Part shown: positions 1 through 14,172 of the stretch, in pieces
Numbering within the stretch: position 1 is the stretch's first letter
Layout: every line of letters begins with the position of its first letter
Program-made: the position numbers and the translations under genes
Origin: Octopus bimaculoides
Lineage: Eukaryota
DNA length: 43,583 nt
Direction: 5' to 3'
Assembly (NCBI RefSeq): GCF_001194135.2
Contig: NC_068982.1
Coordinates: forward strand, 191,483,101-191,526,683
The notes under the pieces: model-generated
Told to the model about the DNA's origin: nothing
Database searches by the model: none
What the model saw: the letters and a program-made list of their open reading frames with translations, nothing else

Positions 1-1502
1 ATGCGCAATGCAACAGGTGGAAAAAAAGCAATAACGTCCGATCTCTTTTCTCTCAAGCAGCCGTCGTGACAACACGTATCTCACAACTCGATCCCGACAT
101 GTGGTCGAAGCTTCTTTGGTATTCTAGCGGCATGCCTGTTCACCCAGGAACGAAACGGCTCTACACCAACCTAGAATAAACTATGTTCTGTTGTTACCGT
201 TATCCCTCGTGTTGTTGTATTTCTGGATTTAATGATTAATATAAGAACTGGGGAGAGATGGCCGAGCCATCATATCTCATCCAATTCTTATAAACTTAAA
301 CATACAAAGAGATCAATGAACTTACCAGCGATTCTAGGTATGTCTTGTCGATGATAATAATCATTTCAAAATTTGGCAAACGGCAGCAATTTTAAAGGAA
401 GGTGAGGCTTGTTTTTCGATTCTATCGACCCCGCTGCTTAACTGTTACTTATTCCATCGATTCCGAAAGAATGAAAAATAAGCTGACCTCGGAGGCTTTT
501 GAACTCAGAAAATAAAGAGCCGGATTCAATACCGCAAAGCATTTAGCCAAACACTGACGATTCTACCAATTTAGCATTGCCCGACAACAACTACTACTAC
601 TACCACCACTAATACTGCAACAGACATACGAAACACAAACAGCATTGAACAAAAAAAAAAACACAGGGTATTTATTGTAGACAACAGACGAAACTCTAAA
701 ATTACACCACAAACAACAAACAGATCAAATATACAAACCTATTTTCTCAAAAGCCAATAAGGCACGCAAGGGAGACGGAGGTGCAGCTGGTGGTGCTGGA
801 ACTTGCAAACTGCATAGTCTGGTAGACTTATTGTAAGGTAAACTATATGAACGGTAAGACTTAACTATTAGGTACACTCTATAGTCTGGTAGACTTGCCT
901 TATCTGGAGTCAATCAGCGGAGCTTGTATGTTAAGCAACAACGAGCAGAGGTAGGCATCTGCAAAAGGCATTTCCTTTGCAAGTCCTGCAAGAAATCTCA
1001 AAAACCAAAATCAAGAAAACTACCTCAATTGTAAAGAATTAAAACTGACCAAACAGATTCCTCGTGGTGCTATCAACGGTCGGAGCAGATCATTGCAATA
1101 CTGTCGCAAAGCATCAGACACCTTTCCAAGATTAGCCATCACATTACATCTGTTGATCTGACTGAGAACGTACGACAGCTTTGTTGTTACGCTACGTCTT
1201 CTGCACTTTCGGCCGAGTGCACGGACTTCATTCTCTCGGATTTAAGACTTACAGGAATGACTCATTAGGCTTCCGTTAACCTGATCCCTGTTTCGATATT
1301 TTGTCTCAGTTGTTCGGAAGGTCATGAACGTGTGACCTGAACAACCAGCTTGATGGAAAATTTGACCAAAAAACCCCTATTTACTTAGTCTGACGAACCA
1401 GCTTTAATCAATCACATCCACGATCATTCATTAGGTGTGATCGTGACATATGAAGCAGCTGAAAACATCGGCCATGGTCAGAAAGGCTTTTGACACCTCT
1501 GG

Positions 1503-1503
<1 letters not shown>

Positions 1504-1544
<41 letters not shown>

Positions 1545-1554
1545 NNNNNNNNNN

Positions 1555-1596
<42 letters not shown>
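1504..1596. repeat. (CT)n microsatellite containing a 10-N gap
   Basis: Read directly from the sequence. Confidence 0.98.
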
Positions 1597-1597
<1 letters not shown>

Positions 1598-2151
1598 ATG
1601 CCTACACGGCTTCATCATACATCCAACATACTGTTCCAGCTACACATTTCCATCTCACTGAAGAAGAAGAAGAATTGAGAGGGTAGGTTCAAAGCAGCAT
1701 TAGGAGAGGGCTCAAAATCTGAAGAAATCTGGGTGACAAAGTATAAGAGTGAGAGAGAGAGAGAGAGAGGGGGGATACAGGTAAAGAGGTAAATATGTGA
1801 ATAAACAAGAGGAGGGGAAGGTGTTTGTAGCCAGCAGCAGGAAGACCGTTATCAGTGTTTGGAGAAGAAGAAAGAGAAAGAACGGCAAAGAGAGATGAGA
1901 TGGTAAATAATGATAAATCTCAAGATAGGCAAAGGTAGAGATAGAAGAGACAGGGTTGTTTTGTAATTGTGTATGGGGAATGGATGTGGGGGGGGGATGA
2001 AGTAGATGAAATGATGACGTCTTGAAGTAACTGGAAGATAAACCAGATAATCGAGGAGGTAAGACAGAGTTGATCTATTTAAGACACGGGGCGGAGGATT
2101 AAAGAGTTGGGGTTTATTAGTTCAAGGCAGTTGGATTAAAACCTTGGTAGC

Positions 2152-2503
2152 GTTTCTTTGTTTCAGTCATTAGACTGCGGCCATGCTGGAGCACCGCTTT
2201 GAACAATTTTTAGTTGGATGAATCTACCTCAGGACTTATTTGTCTTATTCTATCGTTCTCTTTTTCCGAACTGCTAAGTTATGTAAACAAACCAATACAA
2301 GAGGTAGTGGGTAACAAAGACAGACAGACAGACCCACACACAGATATGACGGGCTTCTTTCAGTTTCCGTCTACAAAATCCACTTACAAGGCTTTGGTCG
2401 GCCCGAGGCTATAATTGAAGACACTTGCTCAAGGTGCCATGCAGTGGGACTGAACCCAGAACCATGTGGTTGGGAAGAAAACTTCTTACTACACGGCCAC
2501 ACC
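2152..2503 (-). mobile_element. tRNA-derived SINE, family A
   Basis: A-box/B-box-like head (GTGGCCGTGTAG; GGTTCAGTCCC); body GTAGACGGAAACTGAAAGAAGCCC; tail GGTGCTCCAGCATGGCCGCAGTC; multiple copies in the window. Confidence 0.9.
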
Positions 2504-3474
2504 CAAGTCTTAAAATATTTAAGTCAGATGCAATTTAAAGATCCATATTTCCATATTGAATGTAAGAGGGTTTTAAAAAGTTGGCCTCTGTTGGTTTGTT
2601 TCCTTTCTCCTTTTCGTTTATTTGATATTTAAATCTAGAAAAGTATTTTGATTTCCATTCTTCAAGTTTTTCCTCCTGATGAAATGAGTAACTCATCACT
2701 TTTAATTATGTTTGTTAATTAAATAATTATACAAACATAATGATTTTATTTCACTGAAACAGCTGTCAAAAACAATTGAATTTTATGTGGAAAATCTATG
2801 CTTTTCTGCTCTTTTTTGTTCTAAACGTATTTAACACGTGGAAGATTAAAAAACTGTCGAGAAATATATATTCTATGAAACAAAAACGATTTTAGTCAAT
2901 GATTTTTTCACTTTTTGCAGCAAATATGAGTGACAACTTCAGTCTTATTTTAGTCTGTTTCTGACCCCTTCCGTCATCATCATCATCACCATTTAATTTT
3001 CTCCATGATAAAACATGGGGAATAGTTTTCTTACAGGTTCAAATATTTCTCAAGACTATTAGGAACTGGGAACAAGTTTGTAACTAAATAATTTGTTTGT
3101 AAAATGACAAAAATAAAAATAAGAAAGAACAAGATTCAGTAATTTAGGGAAACGTCTGTTTCTAAGCAGGAGTTTTGTAAAAGTATTTCACTTGAGCCAT
3201 CAGAATTTCTTTTTGCATCCATTGATGTTGTCGTTCAGAAAAGTTGCAACGTCAAAGCAACCGTTTTCTCACTTTCTTCCGTGTTTCTGTTTAAACAATG
3301 GAACTGGAAAATATTCCAGTCACTCAAAGACACTCCTCGCGACACAATGGCAGCTTGTTAGTCATTTATGGCCGAAAGTAGTTATGTAAATAATTAAATA
3401 ATTGGATATATAAAAATATAAACAAAACAAAAAAGGGACAAAAAGTCATAGTGATCTAAACATTCCAATACTGG

Positions 3475-3700
3475 TTGTCAAGTTGTGGTGGTGGTGGTGG
3501 GGGGACAAACAGACAGACAGACAGACACACGCACACACACACATACAACGGGCTTCTTTCAGTTTCTGTCAACCAAGTCCACTGTCAAGGCTTTGGTCGG
3601 CCCAAAGCTATAGCAAAAGACACTTACACAAGGTGCCATACAGTGGGACTGAACCTGGAACCATATGGTTGGGAAGCAAACTTCTTACCACACAGCCCTG
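3475..3700 (-). mobile_element. SINE family A, 3'-truncated
   Basis: Homologous to the head and body of 2280-2503. Confidence 0.85.
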
Positions 3701-3776
3701 TCTGTGCTTTGTTTCACCAATTTTACAATAAAATCTACAAAGCTGGCAGATTCTATGTTTGGTCATAGGGACGCTC

Positions 3777-4103
3777 NNNNNNNNNNNNNNNNNNNNNNNN
3801 NNNNNNNNNNNNNNNNNNNNNNNNNNNNNNNNNNNNNNNNNNNNNNNNNNNNNNNNNNNNNNNNNNNNNNNNNNNNNNNNNNNNNNNNNNNNNNNNNNNN
3901 NNNNNNNNNNNNNNNNNNNNNNNNNNNNNNNNNNNNNNNNNNNNNNNNNNNNNNNNNNNNNNNNNNNNNNNNNNNNNNNNNNNNNNNNNNNNNNNNNNNN
4001 NNNNNNNNNNNNNNNNNNNNNNNNNNNNNNNNNNNNNNNNNNNNNNNNNNNNNNNNNNNNNNNNNNNNNNNNNNNNNNNNNNNNNNNNNNNNNNNNNNNN
4101 NNN
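3777..4103. other. Assembly gap (N run)
   Basis: N characters. Other gaps are at 1545-1554, 22063-22723, 33333-33342 and 39698-40065. Confidence 1.
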
Positions 4104-4185
4104 NTGTCTTTTAATCGAGCAATCTGTGAGAGTCAAGCGTACTGGGAGTAAGATACCAACAGCAATGACAATGATGATGATGGTG

Positions 4186-4237
<52 letters not shown>

Positions 4238-7200
4238 AACCCAAAGAGATAAGATAAAAATATGTTTTTTGGTTTCAAAAAAATCTAAGAACTTCTTTAA
4301 TGTTGCCAAAAGCATCTCTTTCTTATCTTTGGTTCAACATTTTGTGCCAAATGGATGCCACCAGCTCACCAGATAATGGTTTATTTCAAACAGAGATAAT
4401 TCTAGGTGTTGATACCCAATGATAAGAAATGCAACCAATTCTTGTCAACGGAACATTTTATTCAATTATCATTGGATGATGAGATTTATTGGGTTTTAAA
4501 AAAATTTTCCAACCAAGAATAAAATCAAAAACTTTACCAAGAATATGAAACAAGATTGGGAGACTTTCAGAATTTGTCAAAGACTCTGGAGATAAATCTG
4601 TGAGTCCTATTTGTCTGGTCTAAGAATTGTGTCTTTTAAAGAGAAACAATTTGGTCAAAGAGTTGCCAAAGTTTGTTAGAATATTTGACAGTATACCTTG
4701 TGGTATTTGTTCAGGTTCTGAGTTTAAATCCTGCTCAGGTTAGCTTTGCCTTTCATCCTCACAGAGTCGATAAATAAAATACCATCCCAATACTTGAGTC
4801 TCTCTCTCTCTCTCTCCCCTCCCTCTCTCTCTCTCTTAACAAGAAACCCTCTGTATTTATGCCTGGAAAGGGATGGAGGAGGTCTGTCAGGTGTTTAATC
4901 CTTTAGCACCCAAACCAGTCATATCTGGGGCCCAAATATTCTCCCAGTTTTATGTTCAAACTGGTGCATGAAGTGTGATGCTGCAGGGTAGAAAAACTGA
5001 ATGCAGGAAACTTGCAAGACATGTTTGTGTGTTTAAACAACGAAGTACAAATGTTATATCTCTCTGTGGACATGTTAAAAGCATTTTATCTCCGAGGAGA
5101 ATCAAATGAGATTTGAAACCAGTCAAGTTGAGACATTTTTTGTCGATGCAGTGTTGTTCAAAAGAGTTTTCTTTGGTTTACAGATGGACAGACACTCTAC
5201 AGATACACATACACATACAAACACATGGTGGTTACACACACACATGTGTGTGTTTCATACGTGCACGCTCACACACACACACACACACACACGACCTTAA
5301 TATGAACTTTCAATTCTATAAGAAGAAAAGAGAACATTTTGTGAAGGGAAACAAAAGGGTTTTGTCTCGGCTGCTTTTTCACCTTTTCATAGAAGGGAAG
5401 TGAAAAGATGCAATTCATGTACATGTGTGTGTGAGTGTGTGTGTCTGTGTGTGTGTATGTGTGTGAATGTGTGTGTATATATGTGTGCGTATGTGTTTGT
5501 GTATATACTACTTCAGAAGCAAGGAAAACTAATACAAATAGCCACAAAACACAAGCAAAACAAAAAACTGTTTTCAGTATTTAAGGAAGTTGACAAATAC
5601 AAACAAGAAATCATACAACCGAACAAATATGAAGAAGAAGAAGAAACAACAAAAGCTATAAAACAAATGAAACCCAAAGTAAAACTAGAACAGTAGTGAA
5701 GTGAAAGCACGTCATAAAAATAAAACTACCGAATAACAAGAATCATAATAATTTAGGTAGAAGGTCAACAATTTTGAGCAGGGGTTATTAATCAATACCA
5801 CTGACACTAGTCAAGTACTTGAGTCAATGGTATCAATCAGCCCCTCCCCCTAAAATTGCTGGCCTTGTGCCTAAATTAGAAATCATCATCATTATTATTA
5901 TCATGTTCTGTGTGTAAGTTGTTACCAGTGAAATCAAGATGAATCACAGCCTCGATACATTGGTCAGTTTAGTTCTTCTTACTCTACAGAACTGACCACA
6001 CACAATTGAATAAAATATAAAGAAAAGAGGAGACTTACCTATTATTTCCTGGTTTGTTGTTCCATTTTGGTCTCTTCTGTTAGACAGGTCTGACAACATA
6101 ATTACAACATGTTTGATGAAAATGTCTTAAGAATTCAACTTGGAGATTTTGCTGTTGTTTAGAATTTACTCTCCAGACTTTTGGCAGTTCCAATAAACTA
6201 AAATATTTCTGCAAAGTCAATGACAAGAAATTGTCAATAAAAGACACCGGAACTGAAAAATTGTAAAAGTTCTTGTAGAGACAGGAAATGGAGGTCACAT
6301 GTATCAAACAAGTTGGTGTTGGAATCTAAAATTAGTTTAACTCTTACTAATTGCAATCTCTTTAAAAAAAAACTTAATTAACTCAAGTAGTCAGAACAGA
6401 TGCAATTAATGTTGGGAGGGGTCTCGTCAAGAACAAGTGTTTTTGACAAGATACTGAAGACTCCTGTAGTGTCTAGGGGAACAGAGATATGGGGTTTGTG
6501 GACATAGATTTGAAAGACAGACTCTGTTAGAATCAAATAGATATTAATATTCTAGTTAAATGTGGCTATAAATAAACTCTATGACAATTTCTTTAATGGC
6601 ATCATGAAGAGGAATGGTCTCTGTCACAGCAGCAGATCTAGATTAAACTGACAACATCATCCTTAAGTGTGTACATGTCAGTTGTATTAACATATATATC
6701 ATCACTTTACATCTATTTTCTATGCTGGCATGGGTTAGATGAACCCTTCACAGCCTGAGTCAGTCCTTTGAGATTGGTTTAGGGACTGTTTTGCTGGTAC
6801 ATTCCATTTTTTGCAAAGTTCCTAACACCAACCTCTTTACAGAGTGGCCATGGGGCTTCTTGTCTGATTGGAGAGTTCTCTTTGAGTTGTCTCCCTTTGT
6901 TTATCACCCATTTGAAAGAGTCTCTTGGACACAGAGGGAGGGAGAGAGATTGTGATGTGGGAAGCAGAATGACAGGAGTGAGAAAGATGATGGAAGAATG
7001 GAAGAGGGAAGGCAACGGACAGCTACATGTTGGTTTCAATTCCAACACCAAAGAAAATAGATTTCAATCTTGTTTCAAATTTCTTAGGGAAAGGCATGAA
7101 CATCACACATTCCATCAGGCCAATGGAAAGGTTTTTAGATCTGCATGGTTTGTTAACAAAAACTTTTAACCAGTTATTCAGTGAAACTACTGCATAAAGG

Positions 7201-7889
7201 ATTTACACTTCCTCATGGTACCTATTCAGAGTAAGATGAACAGAGCCATTTTTTCCTAGGAATATGATTGCAGTGTTGTTGAGATGGAGAACTAGTTGAG
7301 TCATTGACTAACATCTTGTCTCCAGCTGTTCACTCCACATGGGACCAAATAGTAAAAATAAATCACAGCTGGATTTGAACCCACACCAAACAGTTTCATA
7401 CCTAGGGATACGCATACAACTTAAAATGACTCACATGTTTTTAAACTAAACAATATTTGTCCAGCGCAGACATCTGGCACTGTTTCAACTAGAATATCAG
7501 AAACAGTGAAAGAAAAAAAAGACAGAATATAGAAAACAAAATCTATTCTACAAGAAATGATGGTAATTTCTTTTCTCTTGAGGAATATTGGTGATGGACA
7601 TTGGAGACAACAGACACTTGCCTCCCACAGCAGACTTAATGTCTGCTTTTTCATATTTGCAGGGATTAGATGAAAATGTGTCGAGGAAGAGCCTTTCTAT
7701 GGCCAGATGCCAGCAGCTCCTACCCTTTCCTGGTTTCCAAGTGAGGTAATAAATCTGCCAGTCTGGAGCAACAAACAGCTTGGACATGGTTATGTGGAGA
7801 AGTGGAAACAAATGATACCATGTGAACGAGCCTTTTGTTTACAAAGATTGCACAATGTGACAAGATGTCTCAAGAAGCCCAGAGACACT

Positions 7890-8835
7890 TTCGTGGCCCA
7901 TCACTCAAAAGGTGTTTTTCATAGGCCAGTTACATGACACTGACAACAGCCACAACTATTTCACTTGGCTTGATGGGTCTTCTTAGGCATGGCATATTTG
8001 CCAAAGGTCTCAGTCACGAGTCATTGCCTCTGTGAGGCTCAATGTTTGAAGATCATGCTTCACCACCTTGTCCCATGTCTTCCTAGGTCTCCCTTTTCCA
8101 CAGCTGTCCTCATATGGCCATACCAGTGCAGTCGTTTCTCTTGCACACCACATCTGAAGCCTCTTATGCCCAACTTTTCTCTCAAGATGCATACACTCTT
8201 GTCAAACATGCACACTGACATTACACATCCAGCAAAGCATACTGGCTTCATTTCTTTCAAGCATGTCCTCGGCTGTCAATGTCCATGTTTCATTGCCGTG
8301 TAGCATGGCTGTTCACACACAGGCATCATACAATCTGCCTTTCACTCTGAGAGAGAAGCCCTTTATTACCAGCAGAGGTAGCTCTCTGAACTTTGCCCAG
8401 CCTAATCTTATTCTAGCAGCTATACTCTAGGAGCATCCACCCCAGCTACTGACTTGGTCACCTAGGTAACAGAAGCTATCAACTAATTCTAGCTTTCTCC
8501 CCTGCCATGTGATGGAATGTTTTCTGTACATCTTCAGTTTTTATTGCCCCTGTCACACACAAAAACTATCTTCCCAGTTAACCCTCCACCGATATCACTG
8601 CACCTCTTATACCAGGTACATAACTTACACTGGGTGCACCTTATGGAGTTTCTACAAATTGAGAAGGGCTGTCTGCCTGAAGGTATTTGTGATTTGTCTG
8701 CCTTCCTACTTACTAAGATTTTGGTTTTTGCTAGATTCACTCTAAGGCCCTTTGATTGTAGACCTTGCTTCCACACCTGAAACTTCTCTAGTTCAGGTAG
8801 TGATTCAGCTGTAAGAACAAGGTAATGTTGGCTTA
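7890..8835 (-). mobile_element. RTE-clade LINE 3' fragment, decayed
   Basis: Peptides LVLTAES..KFQVWKQGLQSKGLRVNLAKTKILVS, a Cys-rich segment, RLHWYGH and GRPRKTWDKVVKHDL. The 3' UTR matches the copy at 20805-20920. Confidence 0.9.
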
Positions 8836-9689
8836 TCTAATGAAAAAGACATTAACAAATTAATTAGAATTAATTATGTGGCCAGGATTAAAACAATATT
8901 AATCAGAGTCTAAAAATGGCTTGAAAGAATCTTTAGAGCATCAGACAAAATGTCTTGTGGTGCTTAGTTCCAGCTCTTTACATTCTCACTCAACTGTCTT
9001 TCATTCTTCTGGAATCAATACAATGAAGTACCAGTCATGTACTGGGGTTCATTAAATCAACTAACCTCTTCCTTCTCCATCCAGTATTTTTTCAAGCAAG
9101 TATAAAAGACAATTCCTGACATGTTTTGGCCACCTCAGCTACCATCCTAATTAATGAACAAATCACTAATTAAATGCACAAAGTTTCTTATTTGGGTCTG
9201 TCAGGTGGGGAGAGTGAAGGAGAGTCATGTCCATAGCTTTCAGAGACACCCTGCCTTGAAACTATGGAAATAAATACTTACATATTGGTGATTGCAGGGA
9301 GGGAGTTCTAGAGGGTCACCCTGGGGGGAAAAGGACTGTTCATAGTGTAGGATTGGTATGTGGGTGGGGGAGGGGGAGACATTATATGGTCAGTGATTGG
9401 TGGAGAGATGAGTGAGTCAAGAGAGCATGAGGAGGAGGAGGAGGCGTGAAATATCTTTGAGGATCAATGGCCATTGTAGTAGCAGTAAAATAGATGGAGA
9501 GAGGACACAGCAGATGTATGGGGTCATAGGTTGGGTCAGAAATAATTGTGCGCAAATGAAAAAACCCTTGGAAATGATTCTCCAGGAATAAAAATTCAAT
9601 CAACACAAAAGAAATCTTGAAGTCAGGAATATAGAAAAAATATTTTATTGGGACATCATCAATCATCATTGATTCTCCACGATTTTATG

Positions 9690-9975
9690 TGTCAATTAGA
9701 ATTGATCCTAGCAAATTTTGTTTGGCTGGAAGCCCTTCCAATTGCTGGCCCTCACCTACTTTCAAACAAAGGTAATATTTTCTTCCATGGCCAGACACAT
9801 TTTTCATACAATAATGGAGATGAATGACACTGCTTGTATGAAGGTGAAGCTTGTTTACAACTAGCACACAACACACATGATGGGCTTCTTCCAGTCTCCA
9901 TCAACCGAATCCACTCACAAGGCTTTGGTCAGTCTCAGCCCAGAATTGAAAACACTTGCCCAAAGCACTGCACAA
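9690..9975 (-). mobile_element. SINE of the same chimeric type as 16405-16898, partial
   Basis: Reverse complement of the body, middle (CCATGGCCAGACACAT) and start of the RTE tail. Confidence 0.7.
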
Positions 9976-10914
9976 TCATTTCAGATATTTTGTATTTTCA
10001 TAGATGATGATGATGATGATGATGATGATCACTTCCTGATAAGTTACATTTGCCCCCGTGGTTAGGGTGTTGCACTCATAACCTTGTGATCATGGGTTCA
10101 ACTCCCAGACCAGCTGCACGTTGTGGTTATAAGCCAAACACTTCATTTCACATTGCTCCAGTCCACTCAGCTGTAGGTGAGTCACTCTGTGGTGGACTAG
10201 CGTTCTATCCAGGAGAAATGTCAATCTGCTACCCACCCAGTGGAAGAGCAGCATTCAAAAGCTACAAGGCAAAGAAGTGCACTGTGACCAGCGTGTATAA
10301 CAACATCCAATAGTTTCGTCAGTACCATGATACACCCACCAGTATATTTATTAGTCTCAAATATACACCAGCATCATCTGCAATTGGATTTAACTTTTAT
10401 TAGTGTGTGTGTGTGTGTGTGTGTGCCCATGTCCATTCTTATAAGTGTCTGCATGTGTATCTATCCATGTGTGTGTGTTTGTGTGTGAGACACCTCAGAT
10501 TAACCATTATCCATTCATGGAATTGTAGCCATGGTAAAGATTCAACAGCATCATTACTAAAATATAAATTCCTCCACAAAGACCAGCTTCCACACATGTC
10601 ACTTCAGGTAAGTATTGAGTACTTCAATGTTTAAACACATAAGATTTTATTGAATTTATCAACATTTTGAAGGAGAAATCCAGCCCAAGTTTAAACCTTA
10701 TCAAAAAATACTTGTCCCATAGACAAGTTCACACAAATCCTGCTATCTGCCCCTTATTTGCATTAATAAATCCTAACCATTGTAGGTAAATTCCCTGATT
10801 ATGGCTGCTCTGTTGAAGCCAACCCCAATCATTAAAGTCATAATTCTTTAAATACTATAAAATATATAAATTAGATTTAACCTGTTTCAGTTATACAAAC
10901 CCAATTAATTCCAT

Positions 10915-11010
10915 TTTATTTTCAGATTAACCTTCAAAATGATTACAAAAAAAAAAACCCATTAAAAAACATAACAGTTTTTCAAAAAAAAAAATGACAA
11001 AGTGTTTAAT
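10915..11010 (-). terminator. Candidate GALK1 polyadenylation signals
   Basis: Minus-strand ATTAAA at 11005-11010 followed by U-rich tracts, and AATAAA at 10915-10920. The DNA is AT-rich, so chance matches are possible. Confidence 0.35.
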
Positions 11011-11030
11011 GTTTTTGTAGTTTAAATGTG

Positions 11031-11102
11031 TCATAACTTCAACTGACGGGCACCATCAGACGGAGGACATACATAAAACGTAGGCTGACCCTGGTAGGTT
11101 TT
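11031..11102 (-). CDS. GALK1: Galactokinase exon 7, terminal (KTYQGQPTFYVCPPSDGARQLKL*)
   Basis: Acceptor tttttcAG; matches the GALK1 C-terminal pattern Y.G..TFY....DGA; TGA at 11031-11033. Too short to appear in the ORF track. Confidence 0.92.
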   Translation of the reverse strand, partial: KTYQGQPTFYVCPPSDGARQLKL

Positions 11103-12031
11103 CTGAAAAATAAAAAGATAAAAAACATTACAAAATATTTAAAACAGGAAGAAAATCATAAAATAATAATGAGATTATTGTGTATAGTGCTCAGGTGCAC
11201 TACAGCTCATCAAAGGTGCACGTACAGTACATCGTATAGCTCACTCCTTCCATCAAATCAACGTTGTCTAAACCCTTTCGTTACTGCATTTCTGTTGAGA
11301 TGCTCTGTGTTTCTTTCAATTAATTTTAAATATAACAAAGAATTTAGTAAAATAACTTATTAATCATTAAGCTAGTGTTAGGAACATAAATTGTGACTAA
11401 GGTTTGGAGGAAGATTTTAATTCAAAACTTATATGAAAACAAGACATTTGTATTACCAGAGCCACAACCGGTTTCAGCCGGTAACAAAAGCGTTAACAGG
11501 GGCATGGTGCATTATGTGTCAAGTGGCAAAGTGATTGTAGAACAACATGAAATGAAGCGTTTTCCTCAAGAACACAATGCACCACGTGGTCTAGGAATTG
11601 AAACCACAATCTCCTGATCATGAGTGCAACACCCTAACCACTAGGCTATGCATTCTCACAAATAATAATCATAAATGCTCTGATGCAGTACCAGGCAGTG
11701 GCTGTCATGGTTTCTGATCTTAACTGATTGGAAGTGTTATCATGATGTACATTGTTTTGTCTTGGTATAAAAAATGGCCTACAGCAAATATTCTGCTCAA
11801 TACCACAGATTTGTTTGTCAGTTGTTTGACCTTAACCAGTTGAGCATGTCCCTTGATGGCTGAGGAAATGTGCATCTCTGATCATGAGCAGAAGTAGTGG
11901 GGGAGCATGATAGCCATGTATTGAGAGGAATTCTTTGGAGTTTGGATAATTCATCTGTCAAAACATTCTTAAACATCCCTTATTCAGGGAACTTTTGAGC
12001 ATGATGGACTACTTGACCTGAAGAAAATTCA

Positions 12032-12250
12032 TTTAACATCCGTTTTCCATGCTGGCATGGGTTGGACGGTTCGATTAGGGTCTGGAAAGTCAGTAGGCTG
12101 CACCAGGCTCTAATCTGATCTGGCAGTGTTTCTACAGCTGGATGCCATTCCCAATGCACTCCAAGAGTGTAGTGGGTGCTTTTTACGTGCCACCGACACA
12201 GGGGCCAAAGGAGCTGGCATCGACCACGATCGGATGGTGCTTTTTACATG
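12032..12250 (-). mobile_element. RTE 3' UTR fragment, GALK1 intron 6
   Basis: Reverse complement of the tail at 21095-21245. Confidence 0.88.
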
Positions 12251-12677
12251 CTACAGGCACGAGGGTTACAACTACATGAAATAAAGTGTCTTGCTCAAGG
12301 ACGCAATGCACCCCCAGGAATTGAACTCACAGCCTTATGATCATGATCCAAATACCCAAACCACTCAACCAGGGCACCTTCACGTGTGTGTGTGTGTGTG
12401 TGTGTGTGTATACATAGATTGTATCAGTACAGTTCCCCCCAACGACAACTACCCCCTAGCACTATTACCCCACTTAGTTAATTTACCCGCTCTCCAATAT
12501 ATTAAGAAGTTTTAAATCATCATCTGTTGTCCTCCGGGGTAATCGTCTTTAGGGGTTTATTGTCCATGGGGCGGGGTAAATGTCTGACTCAAGACAGGAA
12601 CATAAACACCCTCCTCCTGTTAACGAGGCAGAAAAGAAAAGAGAGAAAGTAATAAGCAGTGAAGAATGGATGCTGAC

Positions 12678-12840
12678 TCTGATGTGTTCCATGACAGATG
12701 CAGCTGCACTCTTGGTTACCAACGTCACTGTGCAACCACCAAAGCCGCCACCAGTCATCCGTGAACCGTACACACCATCCATTTGTAAGGCAGCATTAAC
12801 AAGTTGGTCTAATTCAGGACAGGAAACTTCATAATCATCT
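12678..12840 (-). CDS. GALK1: Galactokinase exon 6 ([14 protein letters not shown]...[20 protein letters not shown]...EHIR)
   Basis: Acceptor tttttcAG; GHMP C-terminal motif [11 protein letters not shown]; donor GTCAGC, phase 0. Confidence 0.97.
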
Positions 12841-13205
12841 CTGAAAAAGGAAGAAGGTAAAAAAAAAAAATAATAATAATAATAATAATAATAATATTAA
12901 TAATAATAAATGAATAAAAATAAATAAGTAAAAAAGTGACAAAGAGGAAGAAAAGGAAGAAAAGAAGAAGAAGACAGTAAATCAATTAAAACAACTTGAC
13001 TTAATGAAAATATTAAAACAGGAAATATGAGTCATTAAATGACATAACGAACTTTTATATTATTTGAGGGTTGGAGGAGGAGGAGGAGGAGGAGGTAGTG
13101 GCGGAGTAGGAGGTACAGACTGTGTTGCTAAGTTTAGTGTTGATCTGGGTGGAGTAATAAGGGTAAAGCACTACAGCCATATTACTGCTACCATAACAAT
13201 AACAT

Positions 13206-13249
<44 letters not shown>

Positions 13250-13843
13250 GTTGCTGCTGCTGCTACAGGCAACCTCTATCATTTCTAATACTGCACAAAT
13301 TCTAACACAAAACTGAAACTAAATTTACTTTTTTTTCAACCTCCAACCCCCACCAGACACCTCCTCCATACTCTGATACAACAGCAAAACTAATTGACCT
13401 AATTAGGAAAAGGTCATTAAATGCCTAGAAATAATAATTGCTAGCATCATAATTAGTGTTAATTAAAAGTAAAGCACAGAATCTATGAGAATGAAGGTTA
13501 GCATAAGAAGGGGGACGGGGGGGGTGTTGTTATTTAACCCCAGGTCAACCTGCAGTAACCACATTTTTAATGGTCTTTTAGCCATGACCAAGTGTCATTT
13601 GAGGAAGGTTTCATTACTATTTCTAGCAGATCAAGCAACCACACAGAAGGTTTGTGTTTTTGTTTGCACTGGAATCCTAAAACTTAAGAGATAGCAAAGG
13701 GTGAAGGGAATAAGGTGCAGCTACATGCATACATATGTGCATGTGTGCATCTTTGGTCTATGCCTCATAAATTCATGTAGGGAATTTAGCAACCAAACCT
13801 TCTTCACTAAGGCATCTTTTTTGTTCAATTTATCCAACACATA

Positions 13844-14172
13844 AGGTGCAGACATGGCTGTATGGTGAAGAAGCTTGCTTTCCAATCCTGAGGTCTTGAG
13901 TTCAGTTACACTGCGCCTCCTACAATGACCCCAGGCTGACCAAAACCTTGTGAGTGAATTTGGTAGATGGAATCTGAAAGAAACCCAACATGTGTGATGG
14001 TATCTGTCTTCAAATTATGTGATTGTTGTAAACGAGTCTCACTGTTATACAAGCAGTGTCATTCACTTCTAATATTCTACAAAAAGAAGACATGTCTGAT
14101 CATGGGGAAGGCATAGAAACTCTGTCTTAATAAACTCTGTCTTACTCATGAACGGAAATGATGATGATGGTG
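13844..14172 (+). mobile_element. SINE of the same chimeric type as 16405-16898, diverged
   Basis: Head plus CATGTCTGATCATGGGGAAG middle plus (GAT)n end. Confidence 0.7.

Noticed and set aside
1-1500. CpG-richer unique-looking DNA with short ORFs (for example minus-strand MANLGKVSDALRQYCNDLLRP...) and a duplicated ATAGTCTGGTAGACTT 16-mer at about 815 and 881
   Set aside because: No recognisable domain, frames close quickly and there is no consistent splice pattern, so I cannot support a gene call.
6080-7811. Several 70-95-aa ORFs on both strands
   Set aside because: No family motifs and no chain of compatible splice sites; this many is expected by chance.
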